Part shown: positions 46,845-56,359 of the stretch, in pieces
How the letters are laid out: every line of letters starts with the position of its first letter
Numbering within the stretch: the stretch's first letter is position 1
Assembly: GCA_036170915.1 (NCBI GenBank)
Contig: JAVHQC010000029.1
Span: forward strand, 262,950-326,949
Source of the DNA: Cyanobacteria bacterium auto_48_18
GTDB lineage: Bacteria > Cyanobacteriota > Vampirovibrionia > Obscuribacterales > Obscuribacteraceae
DNA: 64,000 nucleotides
Reading direction: 5' to 3'
Position numbers and translations under genes: made by a program
The notes under the pieces: model-generated
Told to the model about the DNA's origin: nothing
Database searches by the model: none
Seen by the model: only the letters and a program-made list of their open reading frames with translations

Positions 46845-49208
46845 TTGAATCTGAGTTCAAGGCTCACTTTTGCGCTCATTGCCGTAGTGGTGATCGTGGT
46901 CACTGGCCACGTGCTTTATTCCGTCTATTTTGATTATCGCGTCACGCGTCTTGACGCCGCCGGCGCCGTGGCCAATGTGAAGGGTCCGCGGCTGACTAAT
47001 AGCCTTTTGGCTGCCCAGGATCAAACTGAACATTTAAACGCTTTGCTGCTCAAAGACTCCCGGTTTATGGCCGCTTTTGACAGCAAAAACCGAAATGAAG
47101 CCGCCGCAGCAATTAAGGCCAACGAAGATAAACTTTTCTTTCCCGGCAGCGTGCAGGTCACTGACGACAAAGGCGTTGTCATCTTCAGCAGCGAAACGCC
47201 GGGCCAGGCAGGCTATTCCATTCGCAAAGACAGCCCGGCCATCGACATGGCCCTGGCCAACGATTATTACAAAGGCGCAACTTACAGCGAAAAGACCGGC
47301 ACGCTTTCCATCAGCATGGTCAAGCAGTTCAGTAGCCCAAGCGGTCGCAAAGGTGTACTTGCGGTCAACCAGCCGCTCAACACCGATTTCCTCACGGCGC
47401 TCGCTTCCAGGTATGGCATCGAAGATCCACGCTTGTTGGGTGTAGAGCTGGCCGTCTACTCAAACCAGAAAAACAATACCACCGCATGGTCGCAAGGCAT
47501 TAATCAGCTCAGCGGTCCGAAAAAGTTTCTGCTCGATTTAAATTCACACGACGCCAGCAAAGTTCTCAACCGCACCACCTTTGGCATTGAGCAGCTTGAT
47601 CGCTTACTAATTCCCGCATTGGGCTTTGAAAAAGACAGTGCCTGGTGGAATTATTTACCATTGATGCATAACAAGCAGCTGATTGGCTACATTCTTGTTT
47701 GCAAGCCCGTGCCAAGTGAGCAGTCTAAAATCATTGAAGTGGTTTTATTGGGCGGATTGGTTGGTATCTTCGGTGGTATCGTCGGCATGTTTCTCGCCGC
47801 CAGAGTAGCTCAATCAGTTGATGCTCCGCTGCGCTTTTTAGTCAAACGCACTCAGGCCATCGCCAACAACAAACAAGTGATACCACCATTAGAAGGTCTG
47901 TCAGGCGATTGGCTGGAACTCGGCGAATTGATTGATACGGCAGTGCTTTCAATGCGCTCTACGACTCAGAGTCTAAAAATTCAATTGAATAAACAAGTTG
48001 AGGCGGTGAAAGAACGCGGTTTGATCGCCGAGCAATCGACCATGCAAGTCGACACACTCAATCGCCAAATCACAACCCAAGCGCAAAAAGTCGCTGAGCT
48101 GTCGCGCCACGTTAATCAGGCTGGTCGCCAGGCTTCTGTGTTGCAGCAACAGCTTGATGCTGTTTTGCAAAGTTCTACAGAAGGATTTTTGATTCTCGAT
48201 CAGTATGGCAATATTTTGCATGCTAATCCGGTATTTTTAAATTGGACCGGCGCTACTGAAGGCGAAATTGCCGGACGACTTTGTTTCGATCTTGTTCTCA
48301 AGCCAGGCGAAACACCGCAGAGCCATGGTCTAGGTCAGGCCTTCGCTCAACACGGCGGCGACCCCAATGCGCTCATCAATCAGTTTTATCCGGAAGGAGT
48401 AGTCTTCCATCGCGGCGGCGATAAAACCTATCAAGTGATGGCTCACCTGCAGCCACTTTCAGGCGATGACCAATCGATTATTGGTTACATCATGGTGCTG
48501 CGCGACAAATCACTGCGCAGTGAAAATCAACTATTGCGTCAAGAAATCGTGAGCATGCTGCAAGACAACGTTAGAGGTCCTCTAACCGGTGCAGAAGACA
48601 GCTGGCATGCCATTCTCGCCAATGCACGCAACACTATGCACCCTTCAGTTGGACAGGCCCTGGCCGAGTTGCATTTGCACTACGAACAACTAGTGGGAGT
48701 GGTTGATAGTCTACTGATGATGTACGGCGGGTTCGTGCCGGCACAAACAACGCAAAAAGAACAAATCGCCATTACGCGACTGGTTGCCGATTGTTTAGAA
48801 GAAGTGACTCCACTGGCCAGAGATCGTCAGCTACTGCTGGATTATAAAACTGTGACCGGGCTACCACCTATCAGCGGCAACAGAGAAGCTATTACTGGAA
48901 TATTGAGACAAGTACTCGAGCGCATGATTATGGTCACCGCCGCTGGTGGCCGAGTGCGGGTAGAAAGTCAGATGCGCGGAAATGAAATGCGCATTGGCGT
49001 ATCAAGCTCAGGGCCGGCATTACCAGAGTCAGAAATTGCCGAAATGTTCATTGGCTTTGTTGAAGGCAGGCACAGTCAAGATACATACGGTTCGCGCTTA
49101 TCAATGTATTTAGCGCGTAACAACGTTGAACGTCTTGGTGGCAAAATTTGGGCAGAATCAGAAGCTGGTCGCGGCACCACCACTTACTTTACTTTGCCTA
49201 CCAATTAA
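46845..49208 (+). CDS. Membrane sensor (extracytoplasmic domain, HAMP-like, coiled coil, PAS, HisKA/HATPase-like) with degenerate kinase motifs
   Basis: Two TM segments; PAS (EGFLILD..G.I...NP...G..EGEIAG); C-terminal GGKIWAESEAGRGTTTYFTLP; H, N, G1 and G2 boxes altered. Confidence 0.85.
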   Translation: MNLSSRLTFALIAVVVIVVTGHVLYSVYFDYRVTRLDAAGAVANVKGPRLTNSLLAAQDQTEHLNALLLKDSRFMAAFDSKNRNEAAAAIKANEDKLFFPGSVQVTDDKGVVIFSSETPGQAGYSIRKDSPAIDMALANDYYKGATYSEKTGTLSISMVKQFSSPSGRKGVLAVNQPLNTDFLTALASRYGIEDPRLLGVELAVYSNQKNNTTAWSQGINQLSGPKKFLLDLNSHDASKVLNRTTFGIEQLDRLLIPALGFEKDSAWWNYLPLMHNKQLIGYILVCKPVPSEQSKIIEVVLLGGLVGIFGGIVGMFLAARVAQSVDAPLRFLVKRTQAIANNKQVIPPLEGLSGDWLELGELIDTAVLSMRSTTQSLKIQLNKQVEAVKERGLIAEQSTMQVDTLNRQITTQAQKVAELSRHVNQAGRQASVLQQQLDAVLQSSTEGFLILDQYGNILHANPVFLNWTGATEGEIAGRLCFDLVLKPGETPQSHGLGQAFAQHGGDPNALINQFYPEGVVFHRGGDKTYQVMAHLQPLSGDDQSIIGYIMVLRDKSLRSENQLLRQEIVSMLQDNVRGPLTGAEDSWHAILANARNTMHPSVGQALAELHLHYEQLVGVVDSLLMMYGGFVPAQTTQKEQIAITRLVADCLEEVTPLARDRQLLLDYKTVTGLPPISGNREAITGILRQVLERMIMVTAAGGRVRVESQMRGNEMRIGVSSSGPALPESEIAEMFIGFVEGRHSQDTYGSRLSMYLARNNVERLGGKIWAESEAGRGTTTYFTLPTN

Positions 49209-49212
49209 ATTC

Positions 49213-49689
49213 ATGGCCGCTGTCGAAACAGTAGAAAAGCCTGACGCCCAGCCAGTTGGCGGCATGCCCAAGTGGCTTCTATTTTTTGTCGCTTACTTTT
49301 TCTTTGGCTTAGTTAACGGCACGGTAATTGGCCTCACTCCTGAAAACGAACACTTAAATGGTCTGGCTCAAGTTTTGTTTTTCTGGAGTCCGCTTGTAGT
49401 AGCTGTCACCGCCGCCCGCTTCGCCAATGATAAGCGCAAAAAATTATTGATGCTTTTAGCTTTGCTTCCCACTCTCTGGTTTGCAATTTTGCCGACAGTT
49501 ATGTCAGGCTCGTGGAACATGCTTACTCAAGGATCTAACCCCAGTGTCAGCCTGGTTTCAGAGGCAAATGAAGGCGAGTGGAAAATTTGCCAATATCATT
49601 TTACGCCTCATGGATTTGGCGAGCCCAACGACTACCAAACCAAAGAAAAGACAATTGGTTTTGGTTTTAAAATTGTACGAAAAATTTGA
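49213..49689 (+). CDS. Hypothetical membrane protein (3 TM)
   Basis: ATG 4 bp after the sensor stop; three hydrophobic segments. Confidence 0.65.
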   Translation: MAAVETVEKPDAQPVGGMPKWLLFFVAYFFFGLVNGTVIGLTPENEHLNGLAQVLFFWSPLVVAVTAARFANDKRKKLLMLLALLPTLWFAILPTVMSGSWNMLTQGSNPSVSLVSEANEGEWKICQYHFTPHGFGEPNDYQTKEKTIGFGFKIVRKI

Positions 49690-49724
49690 GCTCTGACCAG
49701 ATCAGGCCAGTCAAGACGCTGGTC

Positions 49725-50426
49725 TCAGGCCTGAGCCGTAATAGAGTTAATTCGTTCTTCCACTGCTTTAGCTTCATCGGCACGAAGAGTTTTGCGCAAC
49801 ATAATATGATAGTTCTTCAAAATCGGCACCAGATCACTGTGCTTTTCACCAAGCAATTTCTCGCGAATTTCTAAAGCGCGATGGAAGAGAATCTCGGCTT
49901 TCTCCCAGCGCTTTCTGGCACAATTGAGAACTGCCAGATTGTGCAAGTTAATGGCGGTCTCAAGATGTTCTTCGCCATATAGAGCAAGTTTTATGTCAAG
50001 GCAGCGCTCGTACAAATTGTCGGCGAGAAAATACTTTCCTTGCAATTGATAAAGCGCAGCCAAATTATTCAAACTTTTGGTCAAGCGCACCAGATCATCC
50101 GCTTCCACATCAATAATTCTGTAAGCAGGGCGAAGAAATTGTGTTGGGCTCTGTGGTTTTGTATCAACAGCAGACTTCGCCAGAGTGGCGATTGACTCGA
50201 TAATGCTTTTCTCTAAATCTTCTTCGGCTTCTTCAGTGACCACACCAGACAATTGCTCGGCCATAATTAAGGCTTCAGTAAAGCGCATTTCGGCTTGGGT
50301 ATAGCGACGAACTTCAAAGGCGGCATGACCTTCTTCTGAGGCCGTCTGCCACTTTTTGATTTCAGCCTGGCGTTCAGGTGAATCAGTAATTGCTGCTGCT
50401 GTTGCCGTACCGTCGTTTGCGCTCAT
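49725..50426 (-). CDS. TPR protein (kinesin-light-chain-like repeats)
   Basis: SLNNLAALY..QGKY..A..LY.R.L.I...YGEEH.ETA..LHNLA pattern. Confidence 0.85.
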   Translation of the reverse strand: MSANDGTATAAAITDSPERQAEIKKWQTASEEGHAAFEVRRYTQAEMRFTEALIMAEQLSGVVTEEAEEDLEKSIIESIATLAKSAVDTKPQSPTQFLRPAYRIIDVEADDLVRLTKSLNNLAALYQLQGKYFLADNLYERCLDIKLALYGEEHLETAINLHNLAVLNCARKRWEKAEILFHRALEIREKLLGEKHSDLVPILKNYHIMLRKTLRADEAKAVEERINSITAQA

Positions 50427-50514
50427 CGTATAGTCTCACTGAAATGTCTGCGTAGTTCTGAAGCGGCCCGTAGAGCCGCTCATTAGTATAGCCACAATTT
50501 TAGGTTATTTGGTC

Positions 50515-50543
50515 TTGTGCGCACATACATTTGTATGTATATT
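50515..50543 (+). promoter_or_regulatory. Sigma70-type promoter with a 16-bp inverted repeat filling the spacer
   Basis: TTGTGC (50515-20), 17-nt spacer, TATATT (50538-43); ACATACA-TT-TGTATGT at 50523-50538; ATG 6 nt after the -10. Confidence 0.65.
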
Positions 50544-50549
50544 GAAGAT

Positions 50550-51335
50550 ATGCCCACCATTACTGAAATAGAAGCCAAATCAATCTTAACGCCACAAAAA
50601 GTGGGCTCTCTGGCCAGTCACTTTGATTACTCGCTCAATCCCTATGCCGGTTGCGCCTTCAAGTGCTCGTATTGCTACGTTCCGAGCTTTCCATCGGCCA
50701 GGCACGAGCCTGAAGACTGGGGGGAATGGATCGAAGTCAAGACAAACGCTGCGGCTTTGCTTCGCCGCGACCGGCTCAAAGTTTTCGGATCAAAAATCTT
50801 TTTTAGCTCCGCCACAGACCCTTATCAATACTTAGAACTGAAATACCGCCTGACCCGTTCGTGTTTGCAAGAATTACTACGTTATCATCCCTCACAGCTG
50901 ATGATGCATACGCGCAGTCATTTGATTTTGCAAGACATAGATTTGCTGAAGCAATTCGGAGACCGACTGTCTGTAGGTGTGAGCATCACTACCGATGACG
51001 ATAACATTCGGGCCGAATTTGAGCCCAAGGCACCAAGCATAGGCCGTCGGCTTGAACTGATCAAAACTTTGAGCGAAGCAGGAATAAAAGTAAACGCATC
51101 CCTGGCACCACTTTTGCCTCTCAATCCAGACAATTTAATTGATCAAATCGAACCATATGTAGGCAGAGTATGGCTTGATCAAATGCGCTACCTCAGCGCC
51201 AATAATCGGCCTGACCTTTTAGAAAAATACAAAGACTTTTTTGAAGAAAGCAATTACGAAAAAGTGATTGCCGCAATTCGCGCAAGATTGACTGATGATG
51301 GCATTCCGGTGCGGTCTTCATTCAAGAAGAGATAA
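50550..51335 (+). CDS. Radical SAM protein, spore photoproduct lyase-like (DNA-repair-associated) family
   Basis: KSIL, NPY.GC.FKCSYCY (CxxxCxxC), SSATDPYQ, FEP.APS...RL and APLLP motifs. Confidence 0.88.
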   Translation: MPTITEIEAKSILTPQKVGSLASHFDYSLNPYAGCAFKCSYCYVPSFPSARHEPEDWGEWIEVKTNAAALLRRDRLKVFGSKIFFSSATDPYQYLELKYRLTRSCLQELLRYHPSQLMMHTRSHLILQDIDLLKQFGDRLSVGVSITTDDDNIRAEFEPKAPSIGRRLELIKTLSEAGIKVNASLAPLLPLNPDNLIDQIEPYVGRVWLDQMRYLSANNRPDLLEKYKDFFEESNYEKVIAAIRARLTDDGIPVRSSFKKR

Positions 51336-51340
51336 AAAGG

Positions 51341-51979
51341 CTATGGTCCTTTCTCGAAGCTGGCATAATCGCTCTGGCAGTCGATATCAATTGCACCCAG
51401 AGAAAAATCTATTGTGGCTACTCGATTGCTTTGCGCTTGTATAACTTTCCGGGCACCTGCATCACCCTTCAGTTGCAGCAGCTCTGGAAAAATTTCTCTA
51501 GAAAAATAAGCAGGTGGTCCTGAAATTCTTTCGCCCGAAGGCCTTGCGGTGAAGGCACTTGCCACAATGGGCAAATCTGTCAAATGCTGTTTTTCCATAA
51601 TGCTGGCCAATATCAAATCGGTCACATGAGGCTGATCTCCTAACATCAAAATCACACCTGCAACTTGAGAAAAATTGCGCTCGATAAAACTCAAAGCGCA
51701 AACTATCGAAGAAGACATTCCTGACTGCCACTGGTTATTGATCAATATTTGGCAGCCTTTGAAGTCGATAGCATTTTCGATAGCACCAGCATTTGCTCCA
51801 AGTACGACTATCGATTGACAATTGGTTGAAAATAAAGGCGACGTTGCAGCGTCAACAGCTTTCTGCAAAAGTGCCACACCATTTACCGGCAGCAGTTGTT
51901 TAATGCGTCCCATGCGCGTAGAAGCGCCGGCAGCGAGAATGACAATTATGACCTGATCTACAAAAATCATGGTTGGCAA
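51341..51979 (-). CDS. mocA: Molybdenum cofactor cytidylyltransferase-like protein
   Basis: ILAAGASTRMG..KQLL, GMSSSI, LGDQP, GDAGAR and DID motifs; follows xdhC. Confidence 0.85.
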   Translation of the reverse strand: MPTMIFVDQVIIVILAAGASTRMGRIKQLLPVNGVALLQKAVDAATSPLFSTNCQSIVVLGANAGAIENAIDFKGCQILINNQWQSGMSSSIVCALSFIERNFSQVAGVILMLGDQPHVTDLILASIMEKQHLTDLPIVASAFTARPSGERISGPPAYFSREIFPELLQLKGDAGARKVIQAQSNRVATIDFSLGAIDIDCQSDYASFEKGP

Positions 51980-53133
51980 ATAGCATTAAGAGCGATACCT
52001 TCTGCTAATTCGTCAATTGACTGAGACTCATGTATGGCACCCTGCTTCTGACGCAACATGCCACCACTATGACCGGCGAGTGCGGCTTTAACTTCGGCGA
52101 CGATGGCGAGGGCAATTTCTTCAGGACGCTCAGCACCTATATCTAAACCGACCGGGCTATAGAGCCTGGCCCTTTCTTTCGAGGTAATGGGATGACCAGC
52201 TAAAGCGAGTTCGGCTAAGAGTTTATCGGCGCGGCGACGCGGCCCCACAACACCGATATAAGGCACATCGGTATTGAGTAATGCCAATAAAATCTGCCTA
52301 TCTCTTTCATAATCATGTGTGATCACCACTGCAGCATCGACACGCTGGCCGGACATTCGGAAAGAGTTTTTACGATCATCAACCACGGTCACCTGCCAGC
52401 CGAGCAATGAAGAAAACTGGCGAAGCGGATCCACCTCTTGCCCATTGCCAAAAATGAGCAAACTTGTAGGCGCTTCCACAATTTCAAACAAAACGTGCAA
52501 AGCCAGACCGCCAACATTCTCGCGTACGACCGTCGACAGACAGTGAGGGTCGGTAAGCAATTTTTGCGAAAAATCTTTCAAATAATCGAGCACCTTAACT
52601 GGCAATTCCACCGCCTCGACGTCGAAGCTTTGATTAAGTGCGGTCACCACCGTGGTGCCTACCCAAGAAGACAACGCACGACCCGATGATTGTTCGATTA
52701 AACTAAAGATAGTTGCTGCCACGATTCGCTTTTGTGTCGACAAAAGTTCAGGCAACAGCTTTGATAAAATTTGCACTCTGCGGTAATAGCTGCTGCCCGG
52801 TCCGGCAGATTCTACAAGTATTTGCACAATACCATCGCAACCGAGCTTGAGGCCAAAAAGTAAATCGTCTCGACTGTTTCCATCATATGTAAGCAAAAGC
52901 GGATCTTGCAAATTATCACAGTGAGCAATAATATCGCGCTCCAAACAACCGGCACTGACTGCTCCGTGCAAGGCCGCGCCAGCGCCTATGATCATGCGTG
53001 CTCCTGGTCGTCGATAGGCCGAGCCGCGAGTATTGACCACGGTAGCAACAGCCAGAGCAGTCGCATTAACTGCCGCACCAGCCGCCGCCTCTGCTGCCGG
53101 GAATGCAGCCAACATTCTTACAAAGTCATCCAT
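51967..53133 (-). CDS. xdhC: XdhC/CoxI/PaoD family Moco insertion chaperone
   Basis: ATVV..RGSAYRRPGARM, GAVSAGCLE, LGCDG, THD, YIG..G and SPVGLDIGA..PEEIALAI motifs. Confidence 0.92.
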   Translation of the reverse strand: MDDFVRMLAAFPAAEAAAGAAVNATALAVATVVNTRGSAYRRPGARMIIGAGAALHGAVSAGCLERDIIAHCDNLQDPLLLTYDGNSRDDLLFGLKLGCDGIVQILVESAGPGSSYYRRVQILSKLLPELLSTQKRIVAATIFSLIEQSSGRALSSWVGTTVVTALNQSFDVEAVELPVKVLDYLKDFSQKLLTDPHCLSTVVRENVGGLALHVLFEIVEAPTSLLIFGNGQEVDPLRQFSSLLGWQVTVVDDRKNSFRMSGQRVDAAVVITHDYERDRQILLALLNTDVPYIGVVGPRRRADKLLAELALAGHPITSKERARLYSPVGLDIGAERPEEIALAIVAEVKAALAGHSGGMLRQKQGAIHESQSIDELAEGIALNAICQP

Positions 53134-55364
53134 CAGACAAAAAGTTTGTCGGCGGTGATTGGCAAATGTCTGATTCGTTTACCGGTGGCGTTGTAAACCG
53201 CGTTGGCAATAGCAGCTGCCACGCCCGTGATGCCTATTTCGCCAATACCTTTTGCACCAATAGAATTGATTTCACTATCTTGTTCAGCAATAAAATGCAC
53301 CTCAATATCAGGAACGTCGGCATTAACCGGCACGTAATATTCACCCAAACTGGCGTTGACAACGCGACCACTGCGCGAATCAAACATAGTTGCTTCTTCA
53401 AGCGCCATACCGATGCCCATCACTACCCCACCTTGAACTTGAGAGCGGCAAGTTTTTTCATTGATGATGCGACCATTGGCCATAACTGCCACAGCGCGTG
53501 TAACACGCACGGTGCCCAAATCTTCGTCGACTTTAACTTCAACGAAGTGAGCACCGAAGGAATGCATCGAAAATTTCTTGGCTTTGTCGTTAAATTGCGT
53601 TTGATATTTTACTTCTAAAGACGGCAGCTTGAGAATCTTTAGAGCATCCACATAGCTGAGTACCTGACTGTTACCAGCCACGCTAAATTTACCGTCGGCT
53701 ATCAAAATTTTGTCTTTCGCTACGCCGCTAAATGGCGACTGAGGCGATTCAGACAAACGCTGAGCCAGTGTGTTTTGCAATTCGACGGCAGCGCCGTCCA
53801 CGGCACTACCCACGGTGCTGACGGTGGCCGAACCTCCTGAAATCGGAGCCATGGGCAAATCAGTATCGCCCAGTTCAAATGTGACGGCATCGACCGAAAC
53901 ACCAAGACGACCGGCACCAATTTGGCTCATCACAGTGCAAGTACCAGTGCCCATTTCGTGGGTGCTGCTTTTGAATAAAAACGTTCCATCTGCTTTGACC
54001 TGACCGCTGCAAACGGCGTTAAAGTGCATGGTTGGATAGGTGGCCGAAGCCATACCCAAGCCCACTAACCAATTATCTTCTTTGCGGCTGCGCGGAGTAG
54101 AACTGCGTTTATCCCAACCAATTTTTTCAGCTCCGATTTTATAGCACTGATCTAAACCTTTGCTGGAAAATGGATGACCGCTCTGAGGATCTTTTTTGGC
54201 ATAATTTTTCATGCGTAATTCGACAGGGTCGATTTTAAGAGCATAAGAAAGCTCGTCCATGGCTGATTCTAGAGCAAACAATCCCGGAGTTTCACCAGGT
54301 GCACGCATAAAGGTCGGCATCTGCTTATTGAGCTTAACCAAATCTTGCGATACCGACAAACTGGTAGAGGCGTAAAGCATGGGTGTGGCTTTTGTGAATA
54401 CTTCGACAAACTCGCCATCTACCGAAGTGTGCGAGGTACCCTGGTGGACAATGGCGTTAATGGTTCCATCAGCAGTGGCACCTAAAGCCACGCGTTGCTC
54501 TGTTTCGGCGCGATGCCCGACATTAGTGAACATTTGATGACGAGTCAAAACCAGCTTGACCGGCCGGTTCACAGCCTTAGCCGCTAAAGTTGTGAGCAAT
54601 ACGTGAGGCCACATAGCACCCTTACAACCAAAAGCGCCGCCAATATATTTGCAGACTACTCGAACGTTCGCCTCAGGCACAGAAAAAGATTGTGCCAGAG
54701 CCTTGCGAGTATTGTAGAGACCTTGAGTGGCATCATATACGGTGAGCTTGTCTCCCTGCCACATAGCCATGGTGGCATGAGTTTCCATCGGGTTATGATT
54801 TTGAGTTGGAGTGCGATATTTGTTGTCGACAGACACAGCCGAGGCCGTAAGCGCAGTCTGGGCCTCGCCCCTATTCTTAGTCACGGCCTCACCAAACCAT
54901 TGTTTGGCCTCATAGCGCTGTGCTCTCTTGTCGTCAAAAACAATCAGTGGATCTGCTTCTATATAGACGGCTTTAATTAAAGTCGCCGCGTGAGTTGCGC
55001 ACTCAAAAGACTCTGCCACCACCACAGCGATAAACTGGCCGGCATGATTAATGATGTTATCTGCCAGCGGCATGCGCAGTTCACCTTGCGCGCCTCCACC
55101 AGCAAAAGTTTTGCCTGCTACCATGGGCGGCCGATTTTTGTGAGTAATAACAGCAATGACACCAGGTGCACTTTCAGCGTCGCTGGTGTTGATGCTGCGA
55201 ATTTTGCCGTTAGCGATAGCAGCGCCAACAGCCACGGCATAAGCAATTTTTTGAGCAGGAAATTCAGCAGAATAACGCGCCTTGCCCATGACCTTAAATG
55301 GGCCGTCGAGACGGTCCAGGCCTTTGCCGATCAGGCCCAGCTTAATGGCTTCGGTTACACTCAT
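53133..55364 (-). CDS. paoC: Xanthine dehydrogenase-family molybdopterin-binding subunit (PaoC/YagR-like)
   Basis: HNPMETH, IGGAFGCK, MRAPG, EMGTG, GGS, QVQGG...GIG.AL.E and GAKGIGEIG motifs. Confidence 0.9.
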   Translation of the reverse strand: MSVTEAIKLGLIGKGLDRLDGPFKVMGKARYSAEFPAQKIAYAVAVGAAIANGKIRSINTSDAESAPGVIAVITHKNRPPMVAGKTFAGGGAQGELRMPLADNIINHAGQFIAVVVAESFECATHAATLIKAVYIEADPLIVFDDKRAQRYEAKQWFGEAVTKNRGEAQTALTASAVSVDNKYRTPTQNHNPMETHATMAMWQGDKLTVYDATQGLYNTRKALAQSFSVPEANVRVVCKYIGGAFGCKGAMWPHVLLTTLAAKAVNRPVKLVLTRHQMFTNVGHRAETEQRVALGATADGTINAIVHQGTSHTSVDGEFVEVFTKATPMLYASTSLSVSQDLVKLNKQMPTFMRAPGETPGLFALESAMDELSYALKIDPVELRMKNYAKKDPQSGHPFSSKGLDQCYKIGAEKIGWDKRSSTPRSRKEDNWLVGLGMASATYPTMHFNAVCSGQVKADGTFLFKSSTHEMGTGTCTVMSQIGAGRLGVSVDAVTFELGDTDLPMAPISGGSATVSTVGSAVDGAAVELQNTLAQRLSESPQSPFSGVAKDKILIADGKFSVAGNSQVLSYVDALKILKLPSLEVKYQTQFNDKAKKFSMHSFGAHFVEVKVDEDLGTVRVTRAVAVMANGRIINEKTCRSQVQGGVVMGIGMALEEATMFDSRSGRVVNASLGEYYVPVNADVPDIEVHFIAEQDSEINSIGAKGIGEIGITGVAAAIANAVYNATGKRIRHLPITADKLFV

Positions 55365-56359
55365 GCTACACCTCCAGCGGCCACTTTAAGCGCCCTGACA
55401 ATAGTGCGCTTGCTCATTTCGATTTTAAAATTATTGTGCTCGTAGCCTTTTGCATTTTTAAGCGCCGCATCCGCAGCAGCTTTAAATGTTTGCTCTGTTG
55501 GGGCCTTTCCTGATAGCAGTTTTTCAGCCTCAAGGGCTCGCCACGGTTTAGGTGCAATTCCACCGAGAGCCACTCTCGCTGATTTTATTTGCCCGTTATC
55601 AATCTCCAGACAAGCTGCCGCTGAAACCAGCGCAAAAGCGTATGAAGCACGGTCACGCACTTTTAAATAGCACCAGTTTTTACTGAAGATAGAACTAGAT
55701 GGCGGCAATTCTACAGCACAAATGAGTTCGTCAGGAAGCAATACGGTTTCAATTTCGGGAGTGTTGCCTGGCAATTTGTGAAAATCTACCAGGTCAATTT
55801 TGCGATCACCATCAGGACCAGTGGTGTGTATTATCGCGTCAAGAGCAGCCAGAGCCACACACATGTCTGAAGGATGCGCGCTAATGCACTTGTTGCTAGT
55901 GCCTAAGATTGAATGCATGCGATTGTAGCCTTCGATGGCGGAGCAACCGCTATTTGGCACGCGCTTGTTACAAGGCTCCACCACATCATAGAAATACGAA
56001 CAGCGAGTTCGCTGCAATAAATTTCCACCCACTGAAGCCATGTTGCGCAATTGCGCTGAAGCGCCACTGAGTAGCGCCCGCGAGAGCACCGGATAATTTT
56101 GTCTGATATAAGAATGATTGGCCAGGTCGCTATTTTTCACCAGAGCGCCGATCTTCACACCGCCATTACCCAATTGCTCGATTTGACTTAAATTAAGGGC
56201 GTTGATATCAATCAGGTGGGAAGGCGACATCACTTCTTCTTTCATCAGATCAATCAGGTTGGTACCACCAGCGATGTAATGAGAATTAGTTTTGCCACTG
56301 GCTTCAGCCAGGGCCTCGCTGGCTCCCCCGGCCACCTTGGCGTAAGTAAATAATTTCAT
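55361..56359 (-). CDS. paoB: FAD-binding subunit (PaoB/YagS-like); true start ATG 56359
   Basis: IAGGTNLIDLMK, GASAQLRNMASVGGNLLQRTRC.YF...CNKR...GC (Cys insert) and KVRDRASYAFA; ATGA overlap with paoA. Confidence 0.9.
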   Translation of the reverse strand: MKLFTYAKVAGGASEALAEASGKTNSHYIAGGTNLIDLMKEEVMSPSHLIDINALNLSQIEQLGNGGVKIGALVKNSDLANHSYIRQNYPVLSRALLSGASAQLRNMASVGGNLLQRTRCSYFYDVVEPCNKRVPNSGCSAIEGYNRMHSILGTSNKCISAHPSDMCVALAALDAIIHTTGPDGDRKIDLVDFHKLPGNTPEIETVLLPDELICAVELPPSSSIFSKNWCYLKVRDRASYAFALVSAAACLEIDNGQIKSARVALGGIAPKPWRALEAEKLLSGKAPTEQTFKAAADAALKNAKGYEHNNFKIEMSKRTIVRALKVAAGGVA

